Shown in pieces: positions 21,267 to 32,535 of a stretch of DNA of 64,000 nucleotides. Position numbers and translations under genes: made by a program. The stretch comes from a virus (taxonomy: Duplodnaviria; Caudoviricetes), in the IMG/VR virus record IMGVR_UViG_3300027534_000002, positions 128,570-192,569 of that record; one strand, 5' to 3'. Every line of letters begins with the position of its first letter. Positions within the stretch are counted from its first letter, which is position 1. The notes beneath the pieces were generated by a model, which ran no database searches, was not told the origin of the DNA, and saw nothing but the letters and a program-made list of their open reading frames with translations.

Positions 21267-21668
21267 TCAGTAATCGGTGTACTGTGCTTGTGTTGGCTTA
21301 TCTTTAGGCTGACCTTGCACAGGCACCTGGAACGAGTCGTTCTGATTCGCAACGAATTCAAGAACATCAATTGGTACTGTAACCGGATTGTACCATAATC
21401 CTGGCATCTCTTCTTCTACGATGTCAGCAAAGACGACACCGTCACGAATCATACCCATGCCACTGTGCTTGGTGGCAATAGAAGAAACCCGAATGCGTTT
21501 GCCATCCGTACCAAGCTCATCTAGCTTTTGAATCACATTGGATCCCATATCTTTAAAAAAGGGATTTTTTTTCCAATTGGATTTTAATTTAACAACATCC
21601 CCCTCGAGGATTCCATGTTGTTGGAAGCGATTTAACGCTGATTCGTAAATCTGATCAAATTTGTTCAT
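21267..21668 (-). CDS. hypothetical protein
   Basis: Start at MNKFDQIYESAL (21668) with TAAATA 5 nt upstream. Confidence 0.7.
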   Translation of the reverse strand: MNKFDQIYESALNRFQQHGILEGDVVKLKSNWKKNPFFKDMGSNVIQKLDELGTDGKRIRVSSIATKHSGMGMIRDGVVFADIVEEEMPGLWYNPVTVPIDVLEFVANQNDSFQVPVQGQPKDKPTQAQYTDY

Positions 21669-21702
21669 ATATGTATTTAGTCTATTATGGTAATTATTTA
21701 TA

Positions 21703-22239
21703 ATGGCATTAAATTTTAACATCAAAAACGAAATTCGTGAACTTGATCGCAAAACGAGCAGCACTGAATTGGCAGTTCGTAAGTCCAATAAGTACGTGGA
21801 TATCAAACTGGATCTAATGCAATCCAAAGTAGGTAATCCATTATATTTTGATCAGTCGATGGTTAATGATGTTGATATCGCTATCGCCACAGACGAAGAG
21901 GCTGTGATTGAGTACTTGAAGAACTTATTTACATGTGCTCCTGGGGATCTTTACCTGTATCCAAATTTTGGATTGAATCTTAAGAAATACACATTTGAGC
22001 CTATAACAGATCGAGTAGCGTCTGAAATAGGCCATTACATCAAAAACAGTATTGATGACCTTAGCGATGCTTCCACGAAAGGTCCATTAGTTCGACTTGT
22101 AAAAGTTTCCATCTATCCAAATATCGAGGCGAGTCAATTCGAAATCACCATAATATTTCAGGTCCGAATGCTTAGTAAAGAAATAACCTTATTTGGTACC
22201 ATTTCAACACAAGATGGGGTTTACTTTTTCAATAAATAA
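21703..22239 (+). CDS. gp25: gp25-like baseplate wedge protein
   Basis: DEEAVIEYLKNLFTCAPGDLYLYPNFGLNLKKYTFEP matches the GPW/gp25 pattern; upstream of gp6. Confidence 0.75.
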   Translation: MALNFNIKNEIRELDRKTSSTELAVRKSNKYVDIKLDLMQSKVGNPLYFDQSMVNDVDIAIATDEEAVIEYLKNLFTCAPGDLYLYPNFGLNLKKYTFEPITDRVASEIGHYIKNSIDDLSDASTKGPLVRLVKVSIYPNIEASQFEITIIFQVRMLSKEITLFGTISTQDGVYFFNK

Positions 22240-22244
22240 CTACA

Positions 22245-24077
22245 ATGAGTAATATTATCCAAAGAGATGCTATTTTACCACTAAAGAGTGATAGCTACGC
22301 AGCATTTGATCCAGTTTCCCTAAAAGACCTTTTTAAGAAACGTCTTAACGAATCTGGATTATTCACCCAACAGAACCATGAAGGATCAAACCTTGCTGTG
22401 CTGAATGATTTCATCTCAATGGCATTTGGCTCGTTGTTGTTTTATCTTAATAGAACATCCACAGAAGGCATGTTTTCAGAAGCAGACATTTATGAAAACA
22501 TGAATAGAATTGTCAAGCTAAATGATTACAATCCTCAAGGTTATCATAGTGCCAATCTTGGATTTAGTCTGAGTGCAAACCCATCAATTCCCGTTGGCGC
22601 ATACACCATTCCAAGATATTCATATATCAATGTTGTAGGTGATATACATTACTCATTTACCAAAGATGTAAGCTTTGTCAAAAGCGTATCTGGGTTCGAA
22701 TTTCTTGAAGAGCCATCTGTGCAGCAGTTACTCTATCAAGGCAAATTCAGAGAACATCCTACTATCGAGGCAACAGGGGAAGCTAATGAAATTGTTTATC
22801 TAATAACAGACTCAGGTACTAAGGTTGATCATTTTAACATCCACGTATACGTACAGCAATCAGGAACAACTCAGTGGACATTATGGGAACAAACTCCTTC
22901 CTTGTACCTAGAAAACACCAACTCGAAAAAATACGAAATTCGTTTTAATGAAAATGAAAGGTATGAATTAAAATTTGGTGATGGGGTAAATGGCGTTCAA
23001 TTGAATAGCGGTGATAAAATCGCTATCATATATTTGTCGACATTAGGTCAAGAAGGAGAAGTGGGAGCATTGGCGTTGGGTGACGGTAGATTAGTTCCTT
23101 TTAATTCAAAAAATTACCAAAGCATTCTTTCGAGCACATTGCAAACCAATTCGGTTTTAAGTGATTCCCTTTACACAGGATTGCTGTTTGATAATGCATA
23201 CCCATCTACCTATTCTAGCGAACCAGAGACAGTAGACCAAATCCGCAAGAATGCACCTAAAGCATACCGTTCGCAATATCGTCTGGTAACTCAAGATGAC
23301 TTCACAACATATGTCAATACTAACTTTTATAACATTTTACAAGATGCAGTAGTAGTTGATAACGACACATTTGTCAATTCATACATGAAGAGAATTTATG
23401 AGTATGGTGTATTGGATCCATCGAGAGAAAGTCGCGTTCTATTCAATCAAGTAATGTTCGCAGACGCTTGCAACTTTAACAACGCGTATATCTTCGCAGT
23501 ACCACGTCAGATTACTGGTTCGTCGTATACTTCATATCTTACACCGGCTCAAAAAAGACTCGTATTAAACACGATTCAAAACTCGAAAATTAAGGTACAT
23601 ACAGTCGAGCCTGTTATGGCTGACCCGATCTATATCACTTTCGATGTCGGGGTGCCACTATATGGCCAGGATATTACCATGAGTGATATCGGCACATCAG
23701 AAATAGTTGTAAATAAAAATCCAGATGTAAGAGTGAGCAATGCATCAATAATCAATGGCATTACCGCCATCATCGAGGACTATTTTGCAAGGAAAAATAT
23801 GAAGCTCGGTAAATCGATTGACATATATGATCTCAATAATCAAATACTGGCAGTGCCTGGCGTAGGGAGCATTCGTACACAAAGAACAGACAATCCTAAT
23901 ATTTCAGTAGAAGGTCTTGGCTTGGTCGCCTGGTCAATGGTTTACGGATTGCCTCGCTTTGTGACTTCAAGACTTAATTTGGAATTTTTTGAATTTGGAT
24001 ATTTCCAATCAGGCGTATCAACAAAAATTCGAATCAACGAAACTGCATCGAATCTATCTAGAGCTATTCAATACTAA
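22245..24077 (+). CDS. gp6: T4 gp6-like baseplate wedge protein
   Basis: EGSNLAVL, YELKFGDGVNG, ETVDQIRKNAP, QYRLVTQDDF. Confidence 0.85.
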   Translation: MSNIIQRDAILPLKSDSYAAFDPVSLKDLFKKRLNESGLFTQQNHEGSNLAVLNDFISMAFGSLLFYLNRTSTEGMFSEADIYENMNRIVKLNDYNPQGYHSANLGFSLSANPSIPVGAYTIPRYSYINVVGDIHYSFTKDVSFVKSVSGFEFLEEPSVQQLLYQGKFREHPTIEATGEANEIVYLITDSGTKVDHFNIHVYVQQSGTTQWTLWEQTPSLYLENTNSKKYEIRFNENERYELKFGDGVNGVQLNSGDKIAIIYLSTLGQEGEVGALALGDGRLVPFNSKNYQSILSSTLQTNSVLSDSLYTGLLFDNAYPSTYSSEPETVDQIRKNAPKAYRSQYRLVTQDDFTTYVNTNFYNILQDAVVVDNDTFVNSYMKRIYEYGVLDPSRESRVLFNQVMFADACNFNNAYIFAVPRQITGSSYTSYLTPAQKRLVLNTIQNSKIKVHTVEPVMADPIYITFDVGVPLYGQDITMSDIGTSEIVVNKNPDVRVSNASIINGITAIIEDYFARKNMKLGKSIDIYDLNNQILAVPGVGSIRTQRTDNPNISVEGLGLVAWSMVYGLPRFVTSRLNLEFFEFGYFQSGVSTKIRINETASNLSRAIQY

Positions 24078-24079
24078 TC

Positions 24080-25987
24080 ATGTCAACTGTAGCAATAACA
24101 CCAGCGTTAACGGGATATGCAGCCATAACCCAATTTACCCTTTCCTCTGATAGTTCAGGCAAGACCAATTGGTCTCTCGGTGATGGTACTATTGCTTCTA
24201 GCCCAAACAACGCATATCGCAAAACCTATTCGGAGCCAGGAGTATATAAAGTAACGCTACTCGAAAATGATACAGTAACATCTACAACATTATCTGTCTT
24301 TAATTATTTGCCAGAAAGTATATCATTCAAGACACCGTCAGTGACGGGCACTGCAGGGATAGCTATACCACTAACAATCAGCGTAACATCCAATTCACCA
24401 GGACCATATACTATTGACCTATATGCAGCAAATTCATATTCAGCACCATATGATTTTGATGGTACATTATGGTCGCATTTAAACGCAACTTGGAAATTTA
24501 CTGACGAAGATGGTACTCCAGTTAAAAGAATCGAAGTCACACCAACGAGTGTCTTTTATTCGAGTGCGTCGGGTATCGTCACCGATTCTAATTATACGTT
24601 TATTGGTACTACGGCTACCGTTACAGCGAAGTTTTGTGATGACTTGCCTAGTGTAACGGCGGGTACTAGAATCATCGCATCAAAGTATGTTAGTGATACA
24701 ACAAATAGTAGAGTGACAGCAAATACATTAGTGTTTCTATCTGCAAATTCAGTAACAGGCATAAACGTAACGATCGACGGCATTAATACACACAATCCGT
24801 TTTACTGGCAAGGCGGCAATATTCCTTATGTTGTCGCACTTAATGGTGCTCAAGGAATTGTCAAGTTTCTACCATATGATGTGACACCGATTAATGTCAC
24901 CATTAAAGTGCTAAGTGGTTCGACAGACATCACATCAAATTTCACATTCAAAGAACCAAATAATCAAATTAAAAAATATGACGATGATGGTTACACCTAC
25001 AGAGGAGGGTATACACGAAATATAGCAAAAACTCTGTTATCAGCATCGAATGTTCGGATTCAGGCATCTGCAGTTTTTGATGTCAATTATAATTCGTTTT
25101 CATCGGTATACTTCGCACCACAGAAAATTAATTCGACGTTGAACTTTGTTGCATACTCTCCATATTTTGACGTAAAACCATTATCATACAACAGCTTTCG
25201 TCGCTTCAATGAAAGCGAAAATTTCAAATGCCTGATGAATGATTTCGTCAACGCACCTGTGCTCAAAAATAGTACAAATTTCTTTGACAATTATCTTGGC
25301 GTATTGCTTGGCGATACTCCAGACGATACCGAAAATCCAGGCCAAAAGGTCATGGAAAAAATATCAAATTTTGCCAAAAATCATCACGATGTAGACACAG
25401 CAAACTTACAACAGTTTTTAAGTCTAGCGAAACAAGTAGACATGCCCGTTGACGATTTTGGATTGTCATATCCTTCAAGACTCGCAAGAGTAATGGATAT
25501 AGCATCATGTCCACGTAAAAAAGTGTGGGGTGCAAAATGCCCATGCAATCAGAATTTTGGTTGCTCGAATTGCTGTGGTGATGTGTGTAAGGTTTGTGGC
25601 AAAGACCGCACAGACAATCTTGGTGCGAAATTAACAATGTCCAGTACTATTACGGCCGGGACGCCAATAGTAATTGAATATCTACAGAGTAATAATACAA
25701 AATATGAATTATTTTATCCAAAGGCAATTGGTGCATTATCATCATATACGCTCAATTCGCTTACGAGCATTAGTCTTAAAACACCGCTAACAACCTATTA
25801 TAATTTCTATACATACATCGATACACCATCAAACAATCAAGTTGAAGGGTTGATTAACTGGAGCGATGGGTATACAACTATTTCTGAAAGTGCCTCAACC
25901 GAATTCCAGTGGTATGGAGATAATCAGATACTCGATAGCTTATTCAATCTCGAGCTGCACCGAGGATTAAATATAATCGATGAGTAA
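24080..25987 (+). CDS. baseplate-associated protein with an N-terminal PKD domain and a Cys cluster
   Basis: WSLGDGT...TYSEPGVYKVTL (PKD); CPCNQNFGCSNCCGDVCKVC. Confidence 0.7.
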   Translation: MSTVAITPALTGYAAITQFTLSSDSSGKTNWSLGDGTIASSPNNAYRKTYSEPGVYKVTLLENDTVTSTTLSVFNYLPESISFKTPSVTGTAGIAIPLTISVTSNSPGPYTIDLYAANSYSAPYDFDGTLWSHLNATWKFTDEDGTPVKRIEVTPTSVFYSSASGIVTDSNYTFIGTTATVTAKFCDDLPSVTAGTRIIASKYVSDTTNSRVTANTLVFLSANSVTGINVTIDGINTHNPFYWQGGNIPYVVALNGAQGIVKFLPYDVTPINVTIKVLSGSTDITSNFTFKEPNNQIKKYDDDGYTYRGGYTRNIAKTLLSASNVRIQASAVFDVNYNSFSSVYFAPQKINSTLNFVAYSPYFDVKPLSYNSFRRFNESENFKCLMNDFVNAPVLKNSTNFFDNYLGVLLGDTPDDTENPGQKVMEKISNFAKNHHDVDTANLQQFLSLAKQVDMPVDDFGLSYPSRLARVMDIASCPRKKVWGAKCPCNQNFGCSNCCGDVCKVCGKDRTDNLGAKLTMSSTITAGTPIVIEYLQSNNTKYELFYPKAIGALSSYTLNSLTSISLKTPLTTYYNFYTYIDTPSNNQVEGLINWSDGYTTISESASTEFQWYGDNQILDSLFNLELHRGLNIIDE

Positions 25988-25996
25988 GTATGGATA

Positions 25997-28900
25997 ATGG
26001 CCGAGATTCTCAAAAGACTAACGCAACAAACAACCACATCGTTTGAAACCCAATACAATGCCAATCTTGCGAAAGGTGTTGTTGATGATGTGCCATTGGA
26101 TTATAATCGACCTTTTACATTTTTAGAATGGTCTGCGGCAAACCCGAATGCTAACAGCACCATTGCAAAGAAAGTCTATGAACAGTATCTTAGCAGCTGG
26201 TACAGCAATCGTTATGATACTCAGACTGCAGCAGACCTTCTCAAATCACAATATCAGCAAGTAGTTGAGAGACTGCAATATATTTTTAAAGATGATCCAG
26301 CATTCAGAAAATTAGCGAATGCAAATTTAGACGATCCTTATGATGTCGAAATTTTAATTCCTTTGCTTTCCAAGAAGCTAAGAGATATTGCGCTCTATTA
26401 TGTAGGCCAAAGAGCAAATGCAAAGAAGAGCAAAATCAAATACAATATTGCAGGTAGTAATGCAGCAATTGAAAGATTATTCTATGAATACATTTTAAAA
26501 AATTACACAGCATCGACATATCAAACTACGGTAATCGAACAAAGTGCATTCGCAGGTCTTCCTCAATTATCATCAGTTAAAGATGACTTCAAGATAGTAA
26601 TACAGGAGCTGTATGACACCTCAACATATCAAGACAAAAATCCAAGCACTGCATATGAAGACATTACAGTAGACTTTGTCAAAGACTTTTGTGCAACGGA
26701 TGTAGAGGCGCAGCCATATTACAATAAGCTGGGAGCATATGATGTAGTAATAGATAATCCGATGTTCTTTAATCTTGCAGACTATGTGCAAGACGTTGCC
26801 AATATGGCAGCAAGTGCGACGATAAATCTAGACGGCATCGATAGCAATAAAATCAATGAATTTGAGGCTACTGCAAAATATCTAGGAACTGATTTGTACT
26901 ATATTAGTGGGGGATATTATATTCCAAAAGTTGATACAGTAAATCTAGATATCAAATCGGGCAGTAATTTATTCTACTGGCCTTCCGGCGAGTTTGTATA
27001 CAGAGGATTGACGAACGCAGAGTATTCAGAACTACCAATCAACGAAAGCGAATTTTTAACCAAAGGAACAGCTGCAGCAAATTATGAAGATGCTGATAAG
27101 ATTTTCGTCAATAGATGTGGATATGGCATTCAAGGTGCCTGGTTGTGCAAGACATCGGAACAAGATAGAGAAGACACATTTAAAGTTGAATTGCAGGGAT
27201 CTCTCAAGTGTGATGGCCGCACGATTTTAAGATTCCCATTTCCAGGTCGAGGATATTTTATTGATGACGAATGGACTGGTGTGCAGACGAATGGACTGAT
27301 TAACAAAACATACTTCACAGATGCAGAACTTGCCAAGCTTGAAGATTTGTATTGGAATACAAGTATTGCAGACGTTCAGTCGTCCACCAAACCTGTTGCG
27401 ATTAACGATACCTATCTAGCAGCGGATGGCGCACAGCCCGGTTCTATATACAACAAAGCAGATCACTTCTTTGTTCGACAAACAACAAATCCAAATCGTA
27501 TAGATGATGAAACGCCTGATGGTGTTTTTAATAATAGTGTAAATGATTACTGGTTGTTTAGGTTTGAGAAGACAGAATTGCCAATTACAGCATCAGTTGA
27601 ATTGTCATCTAGCATTGACAAAGAAAATGGTACGCATATATTCTGGCCATATGAAAGCTTTGATGGTTCTGGTGAATACACGCCACTGCCTACATACATC
27701 ACACGCAAAAATAAAATCGCATTGCCTACCGCACTGTCGTCGTTAAATGTATTCAAAGATTTCGGTTCATCAAAAGCAGGCACAACTCATTTAGATTCTG
27801 ATGTAATATTGAAATTAGATAATTGCGGTGAAATCGTCGGTGCGGCGTATTTGAAAGGCCAGTCTTTGCGCAATTTCAATAGCACAAAATTTAATGACTA
27901 CGTATTCAACAATAATTATCTAGATCCGTTTGGATATACATTATTGTCTGGTGTAATTCAGCCGGGCTTGACATTAAAGGCAAGTCCTGGTGTGGTGGCT
28001 CCATTTATATGGGGTGTTAATGGTGCGAAGTTTGGTGATATTAATGATGTCCCAGCTACTAAGATTAACAGCATAGCCGCATTCACAGGACATAAGCATG
28101 AACCAAATTGTCCTTATCTTAGAAAAGATCTACAATCTCTTTATTACTATCAAACAGAAATTGAACACACCACTGCATGCGAATGTAAAGCTCTGAACTA
28201 TTCGCCGTTCGGACACAAAGGAAATCGTCTTGATTCTTTTGGTTCATTATCAGATTTTATTTTTGAAATCACATCGCCTCTAGATTTTGATAAATTTGAA
28301 TTATCTGAATGGAGGGACAGTCTCGGCAGAGGATGGCAAAACAGCGATCGCATTGCCTATTTCAAGCTAGACGCTGACAATAAATTTGTTGATCTTGGTT
28401 GGGGTACGGGTAAATGGATGACACCAGGCGGGGGTGAATTTTTACTCCGTCCTGGTGTCGTATATGGCTACTATCGCAATAACAAATTACCATGCTTAGT
28501 CAAAGGATCTGATTTTTATTTCATTCTTAACCATCAATATTGCAACCCACAAGAATATCTATCAATCAAAGACGAACTTTGCTATTCGAACGAATTCATG
28601 TTCGATTTCACACCAAGATGGATTGATCTGGTTGTTGACAATGATACTAATATTAGTAGCTGGAAATCGAGGGATTATACTCCATCAGATATTGTCTTTA
28701 ATCCCGGAGATCATTTAGTATATATCCATCGCAAGCAAAATACATTTTCGATCCAATGGGATGATGGAGATGAAAAAACAGTATCATATGATTTGATTAA
28801 TTTCATATGGCAAACAAAATTGCGCGGATGGAATTATAGTCTAAACAAATGGACCGGCTCACAGAATACAGTAGGTGCGAAACCATACTGGGCACTCGCT

Positions 28901-30772
28901 GATGAGTTGTGTGGTATAGACCATTTCAATTTGTCAATTGGAAATCATCGCAAGTTGGTAAACGAATATCTGTTTACAAATCATCCGAAATATACACTTA
29001 ATACATTAAACCATTTCGACACAATTGAATACTTCCGCAGAGCGAATGATTCATTTATATGGACCCAAAATTTTACAGTTAGCTCTACACAAGCAACGAC
29101 AGAGTGGAGAAAAATTAACCTAGTCGAAAAAGAACCATACATTAAACACAATTGTTCGGTTCGTACAGAGACAGTCAAGAAATGTTATGGATTGCCTGAT
29201 GAGTATACACCAGATGATACAGAAACAAATTTTATTAGCCAACAAGAAGTATTTGATAAAATTTTAGTCATTGAAAGTCTGTCAGGCGAAAGTGATATTG
29301 TATTCGAATCATCATCTCTCGACCAGCCAGTTAGCATAGTATATTGCGCCAAAAATCCGTTTACTATAACCCAAACGCTAACAGACGTATCGGTAGGACT
29401 TCCACCTTCCGGTGGTGTATATGTACCAGTTACATCGGGTGTTCTTGTCAACGCTAAGGCACCATATGCTAATCTGCTGAATATTAATAACCCTACAGTA
29501 GCATATATACCAAACTCGAGCGGATTGGCTACAAAAGAAAATCTCGGCCTATTCACACCAGACAATCTAGTAGTTCCGATTTACAATTCGAGCATCGTTG
29601 CCAAAGAACCAAATATCGACAATGACTATCGCGAAAATGTATTCTACGTTGCAGATCCTACTTTTTATATAGACAACCGCGGATTATCAAATGTTGACAA
29701 TAATCAGATTTTAAAAATCAAATCAACAAATGCATCATTTATCAAATATCCATCAACAGCAGCATGCAAATCGGGGGATGTATACAACGACAAAAATTAT
29801 CCTAACTTCAACGCATATCAAAGTGTTGCGGAATCGCATGGCAATGATACTATCAGTATTCCATTTAATGAATTGACTGATCCATGGGTTGGTGAATTTG
29901 AAGACGAATGGTTTGACAAGATTAACTATACAGCGAACTTATATGGTGAATATAATATTCTCAGTGGTTCAAATTCGTGGGCATCATCAAGATTCAACGA
30001 AACAACGGCATATATACACAAACACCAAACAGATATATACGGCAATTATTATACATTATTCAAAGACACACCGACTGCTACATTGTTTGCAAAGCAATCA
30101 AATTATGGTAGGTTGTATGTGAAGACCATCAACAACAAAACATTGCCAGCAGTATCCGCACTTGCTAAAGTGTATGATACCTACGCAGCGTCAAATACTT
30201 CAATCTATCGACAATTAACAGGAAACAAGATCAAGAATATTGAAGTATTTTACGATACAATGATTAGCCACTTGTCTGGTGCTATTCTCGTCGATCGAAT
30301 TTCGGTCGATTATGAAACAGGTGAAATCTTTTCTAGTGCAGAACAAAAAGCATCCAATACATCCGATAATTCATTTGTCATTACAATAGATAGTCCTACA
30401 TATGGTACTTGCGGATCTATCTTAATTCCTGACGACAACACACTAACATTCGTGACAATGGCTAGCTCGAATCCGCCATATCCGAAAGTATATGAACATA
30501 TACTTGGCAGCGATATAGTCAGACTGGCTTATGATGGCGCAAATGATTACACTACATTCAAGGCAGCATTAAGTAGTTATGGCACTTCGACGATCCCATC
30601 ATTTGATTTCGCTTATGACAAAAACTCAGGGATATACACAGTATCTTACATTTTATTCACAGCAAGCACACTAGTCAATGCGTTTATGACAGTGTTTATC
30701 AATTTGAAGAAACAAAACGGTAAATTGGTTCTAGATTCTTTCAATCTAATCAGACCGTATCTATCCTATTAA
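25997..30772 (+). CDS. very large putative baseplate/tail structural protein (1591 aa)
   Basis: Long ORF in the baseplate cluster; TAAGTA 6 nt before the ATG; function not recognised. Confidence 0.7.
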   Translation: MAEILKRLTQQTTTSFETQYNANLAKGVVDDVPLDYNRPFTFLEWSAANPNANSTIAKKVYEQYLSSWYSNRYDTQTAADLLKSQYQQVVERLQYIFKDDPAFRKLANANLDDPYDVEILIPLLSKKLRDIALYYVGQRANAKKSKIKYNIAGSNAAIERLFYEYILKNYTASTYQTTVIEQSAFAGLPQLSSVKDDFKIVIQELYDTSTYQDKNPSTAYEDITVDFVKDFCATDVEAQPYYNKLGAYDVVIDNPMFFNLADYVQDVANMAASATINLDGIDSNKINEFEATAKYLGTDLYYISGGYYIPKVDTVNLDIKSGSNLFYWPSGEFVYRGLTNAEYSELPINESEFLTKGTAAANYEDADKIFVNRCGYGIQGAWLCKTSEQDREDTFKVELQGSLKCDGRTILRFPFPGRGYFIDDEWTGVQTNGLINKTYFTDAELAKLEDLYWNTSIADVQSSTKPVAINDTYLAADGAQPGSIYNKADHFFVRQTTNPNRIDDETPDGVFNNSVNDYWLFRFEKTELPITASVELSSSIDKENGTHIFWPYESFDGSGEYTPLPTYITRKNKIALPTALSSLNVFKDFGSSKAGTTHLDSDVILKLDNCGEIVGAAYLKGQSLRNFNSTKFNDYVFNNNYLDPFGYTLLSGVIQPGLTLKASPGVVAPFIWGVNGAKFGDINDVPATKINSIAAFTGHKHEPNCPYLRKDLQSLYYYQTEIEHTTACECKALNYSPFGHKGNRLDSFGSLSDFIFEITSPLDFDKFELSEWRDSLGRGWQNSDRIAYFKLDADNKFVDLGWGTGKWMTPGGGEFLLRPGVVYGYYRNNKLPCLVKGSDFYFILNHQYCNPQEYLSIKDELCYSNEFMFDFTPRWIDLVVDNDTNISSWKSRDYTPSDIVFNPGDHLVYIHRKQNTFSIQWDDGDEKTVSYDLINFIWQTKLRGWNYSLNKWTGSQNTVGAKPYWALADELCGIDHFNLSIGNHRKLVNEYLFTNHPKYTLNTLNHFDTIEYFRRANDSFIWTQNFTVSSTQATTEWRKINLVEKEPYIKHNCSVRTETVKKCYGLPDEYTPDDTETNFISQQEVFDKILVIESLSGESDIVFESSSLDQPVSIVYCAKNPFTITQTLTDVSVGLPPSGGVYVPVTSGVLVNAKAPYANLLNINNPTVAYIPNSSGLATKENLGLFTPDNLVVPIYNSSIVAKEPNIDNDYRENVFYVADPTFYIDNRGLSNVDNNQILKIKSTNASFIKYPSTAACKSGDVYNDKNYPNFNAYQSVAESHGNDTISIPFNELTDPWVGEFEDEWFDKINYTANLYGEYNILSGSNSWASSRFNETTAYIHKHQTDIYGNYYTLFKDTPTATLFAKQSNYGRLYVKTINNKTLPAVSALAKVYDTYAASNTSIYRQLTGNKIKNIEVFYDTMISHLSGAILVDRISVDYETGEIFSSAEQKASNTSDNSFVITIDSPTYGTCGSILIPDDNTLTFVTMASSNPPYPKVYEHILGSDIVRLAYDGANDYTTFKAALSSYGTSTIPSFDFAYDKNSGIYTVSYILFTASTLVNAFMTVFINLKKQNGKLVLDSFNLIRPYLSY

Positions 30773-31068
30773 GTATTTTGAGATGAATCGGAGAAATATT
30801 GTGTACGATAATACAATGGACCAGAACCAGCAATTGTCTTTGCGCTTACCTGATTGGAATCTGTTACACCTCTAAATGTAAATGTGTCGTCAGCAGATAG
30901 AGCCATTGCATTGCTTGCTCCAGAAAATCCGTTGTCATAAATTTCAATAGTTGTTCCAGTTTTATTCACTACGATAACCTCGCTACAGCTTTGCGACGAC
31001 AAGGCAACCAAGGAATTTGAGATAGTTTGGTTAAAAGAGCGACAAATATTTTTGTTTGTAAAAGCCAT
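30769..31068 (-). CDS. small putative virion protein
   Basis: Start MAFTNKNICRSF (31068) with TAAATA 5 nt upstream. Confidence 0.65.
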   Translation of the reverse strand: MAFTNKNICRSFNQTISNSLVALSSQSCSEVIVVNKTGTTIEIYDNGFSGASNAMALSADDTFTFRGVTDSNQVSAKTIAGSGPLYYRTQYFSDSSQNT

Positions 31069-31082
31069 ATAATTATTTATCG

Positions 31083-32456
31083 TTATGCACGTTGAATCAC
31101 ATTCATCGACGCCCAAATTACAGCATCATTGGTAATGCCCTTTGCTGCAATGGTAATATTCTCTGGTGTGCCGTTTATTTTTACACCGAATCGACCGTTT
31201 AAACCACCCACAGATGCTTCGTCTGTACTAATGCCAGCACGTTGAGATGCACCGATAAATTTCGTCAGCAGGTCGGTTCCTGCAGTCAATATTGCAGTAT
31301 TAGCACCAATAGCATATTGGAATGGCGTGCCGACTAGATCAGCCCATGTAGGAGCAGTGCCAGACACTTCAGCATTGTACACTAATTTATAGACACAAGA
31401 ACCATTATTCGATGCATTTAACAAATCAACAGAGCGTAATAATGGGACAATATCTGGTTGTGCTGGATTTAATCTAACAGATAATACAGGATGAAATGCT
31501 AAGGTATTCACAGTGACAGACGCACTCGTAGACACACTCGCTGGTGTTCCTAAAATATCCTCGTTACCCTCAATTATTACAGATGAACAAATATGTTTCA
31601 TCGATCCAGATCCAGCACCAGTCTGACGAATTTCATATCGGATTGGGTGATTAGGAGAAGACAGATATGTGGAATTTAAACTATTGAGATTTGTTACATA
31701 GTGCGCATAATAACATTTTCCTTCCAAATAAAACCCAAAGCGAACACGACCGACACCCAGCCATTCATAATCCATTGTAAGAATCTGAGCTTTGGTAAAA
31801 TCAATAGCCAACCCAGATGGGCCTGTGCCATCTAGCTTGTCGACATTCCATGCAGATTGTGGCACTGAAACCGAATATGCAGTGCCTTCAGTTTTGAGAA
31901 CTACAAATCTTGGGCCAGCAGAAGTGACTTCAAGATAGATCCCGGAATTAGGATTATACGGAGCCACCGAACCACTCTGGAATAATCCAACTCTCTTTGT
32001 AATATTGGTTTCTGGAGCAAAAACACCAGTAAATAAACCTACAATGCCTTTGCCTGGTTGATAGTTGAATCTCAAAGGAGTTTGTCTTATAACGTAAGCA
32101 CCGTTCGCATTTGTCGTCATATTCACCAACGAATCACCGCTAACATGAACACTAGTGGCATTTGCAGTTACAACCTCATCAAAAATATTGACACCTTTGC
32201 CGTACAATTGCTTCGCGTCTATCAGTGAGACTGGCTGCGAAACCCGCAAACGGCCAAATGCGTCAGAAGAAGCGTTGTCACCAAATGCACTTCCATTTAC
32301 CTGAGCCTTGGTTAGGTCGTACACTAGCATTGCAGTTTTATTATATCTAGTCCCATCAGATGTCGTGACTGGAGGGTAACTAGTGTCGCCGCTTACGGCA
32401 ACCCAGCACATCGACTTGAGTGCTTGTTCTTGATATCTTGGATTCGTAATAATCAT
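31083..32456 (-). CDS. putative virion structural protein (DAFGRLRVS family)
   Basis: DAFGRLRVSQP, YQPGKG and DYEWLGVGRVRFG motifs recalled from large-phage proteins; TAAATA 6 nt before ATG 32456. Confidence 0.7.
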   Translation of the reverse strand: MIITNPRYQEQALKSMCWVAVSGDTSYPPVTTSDGTRYNKTAMLVYDLTKAQVNGSAFGDNASSDAFGRLRVSQPVSLIDAKQLYGKGVNIFDEVVTANATSVHVSGDSLVNMTTNANGAYVIRQTPLRFNYQPGKGIVGLFTGVFAPETNITKRVGLFQSGSVAPYNPNSGIYLEVTSAGPRFVVLKTEGTAYSVSVPQSAWNVDKLDGTGPSGLAIDFTKAQILTMDYEWLGVGRVRFGFYLEGKCYYAHYVTNLNSLNSTYLSSPNHPIRYEIRQTGAGSGSMKHICSSVIIEGNEDILGTPASVSTSASVTVNTLAFHPVLSVRLNPAQPDIVPLLRSVDLLNASNNGSCVYKLVYNAEVSGTAPTWADLVGTPFQYAIGANTAILTAGTDLLTKFIGASQRAGISTDEASVGGLNGRFGVKINGTPENITIAAKGITNDAVIWASMNVIQRA

Positions 32457-32535
32457 CAAAAGTATTTAGTTGCATTCTATGCAGCCATCTATTATTATAG
32501 ATATATAAATAAAAAATAGTTCTTTGAAATAATAT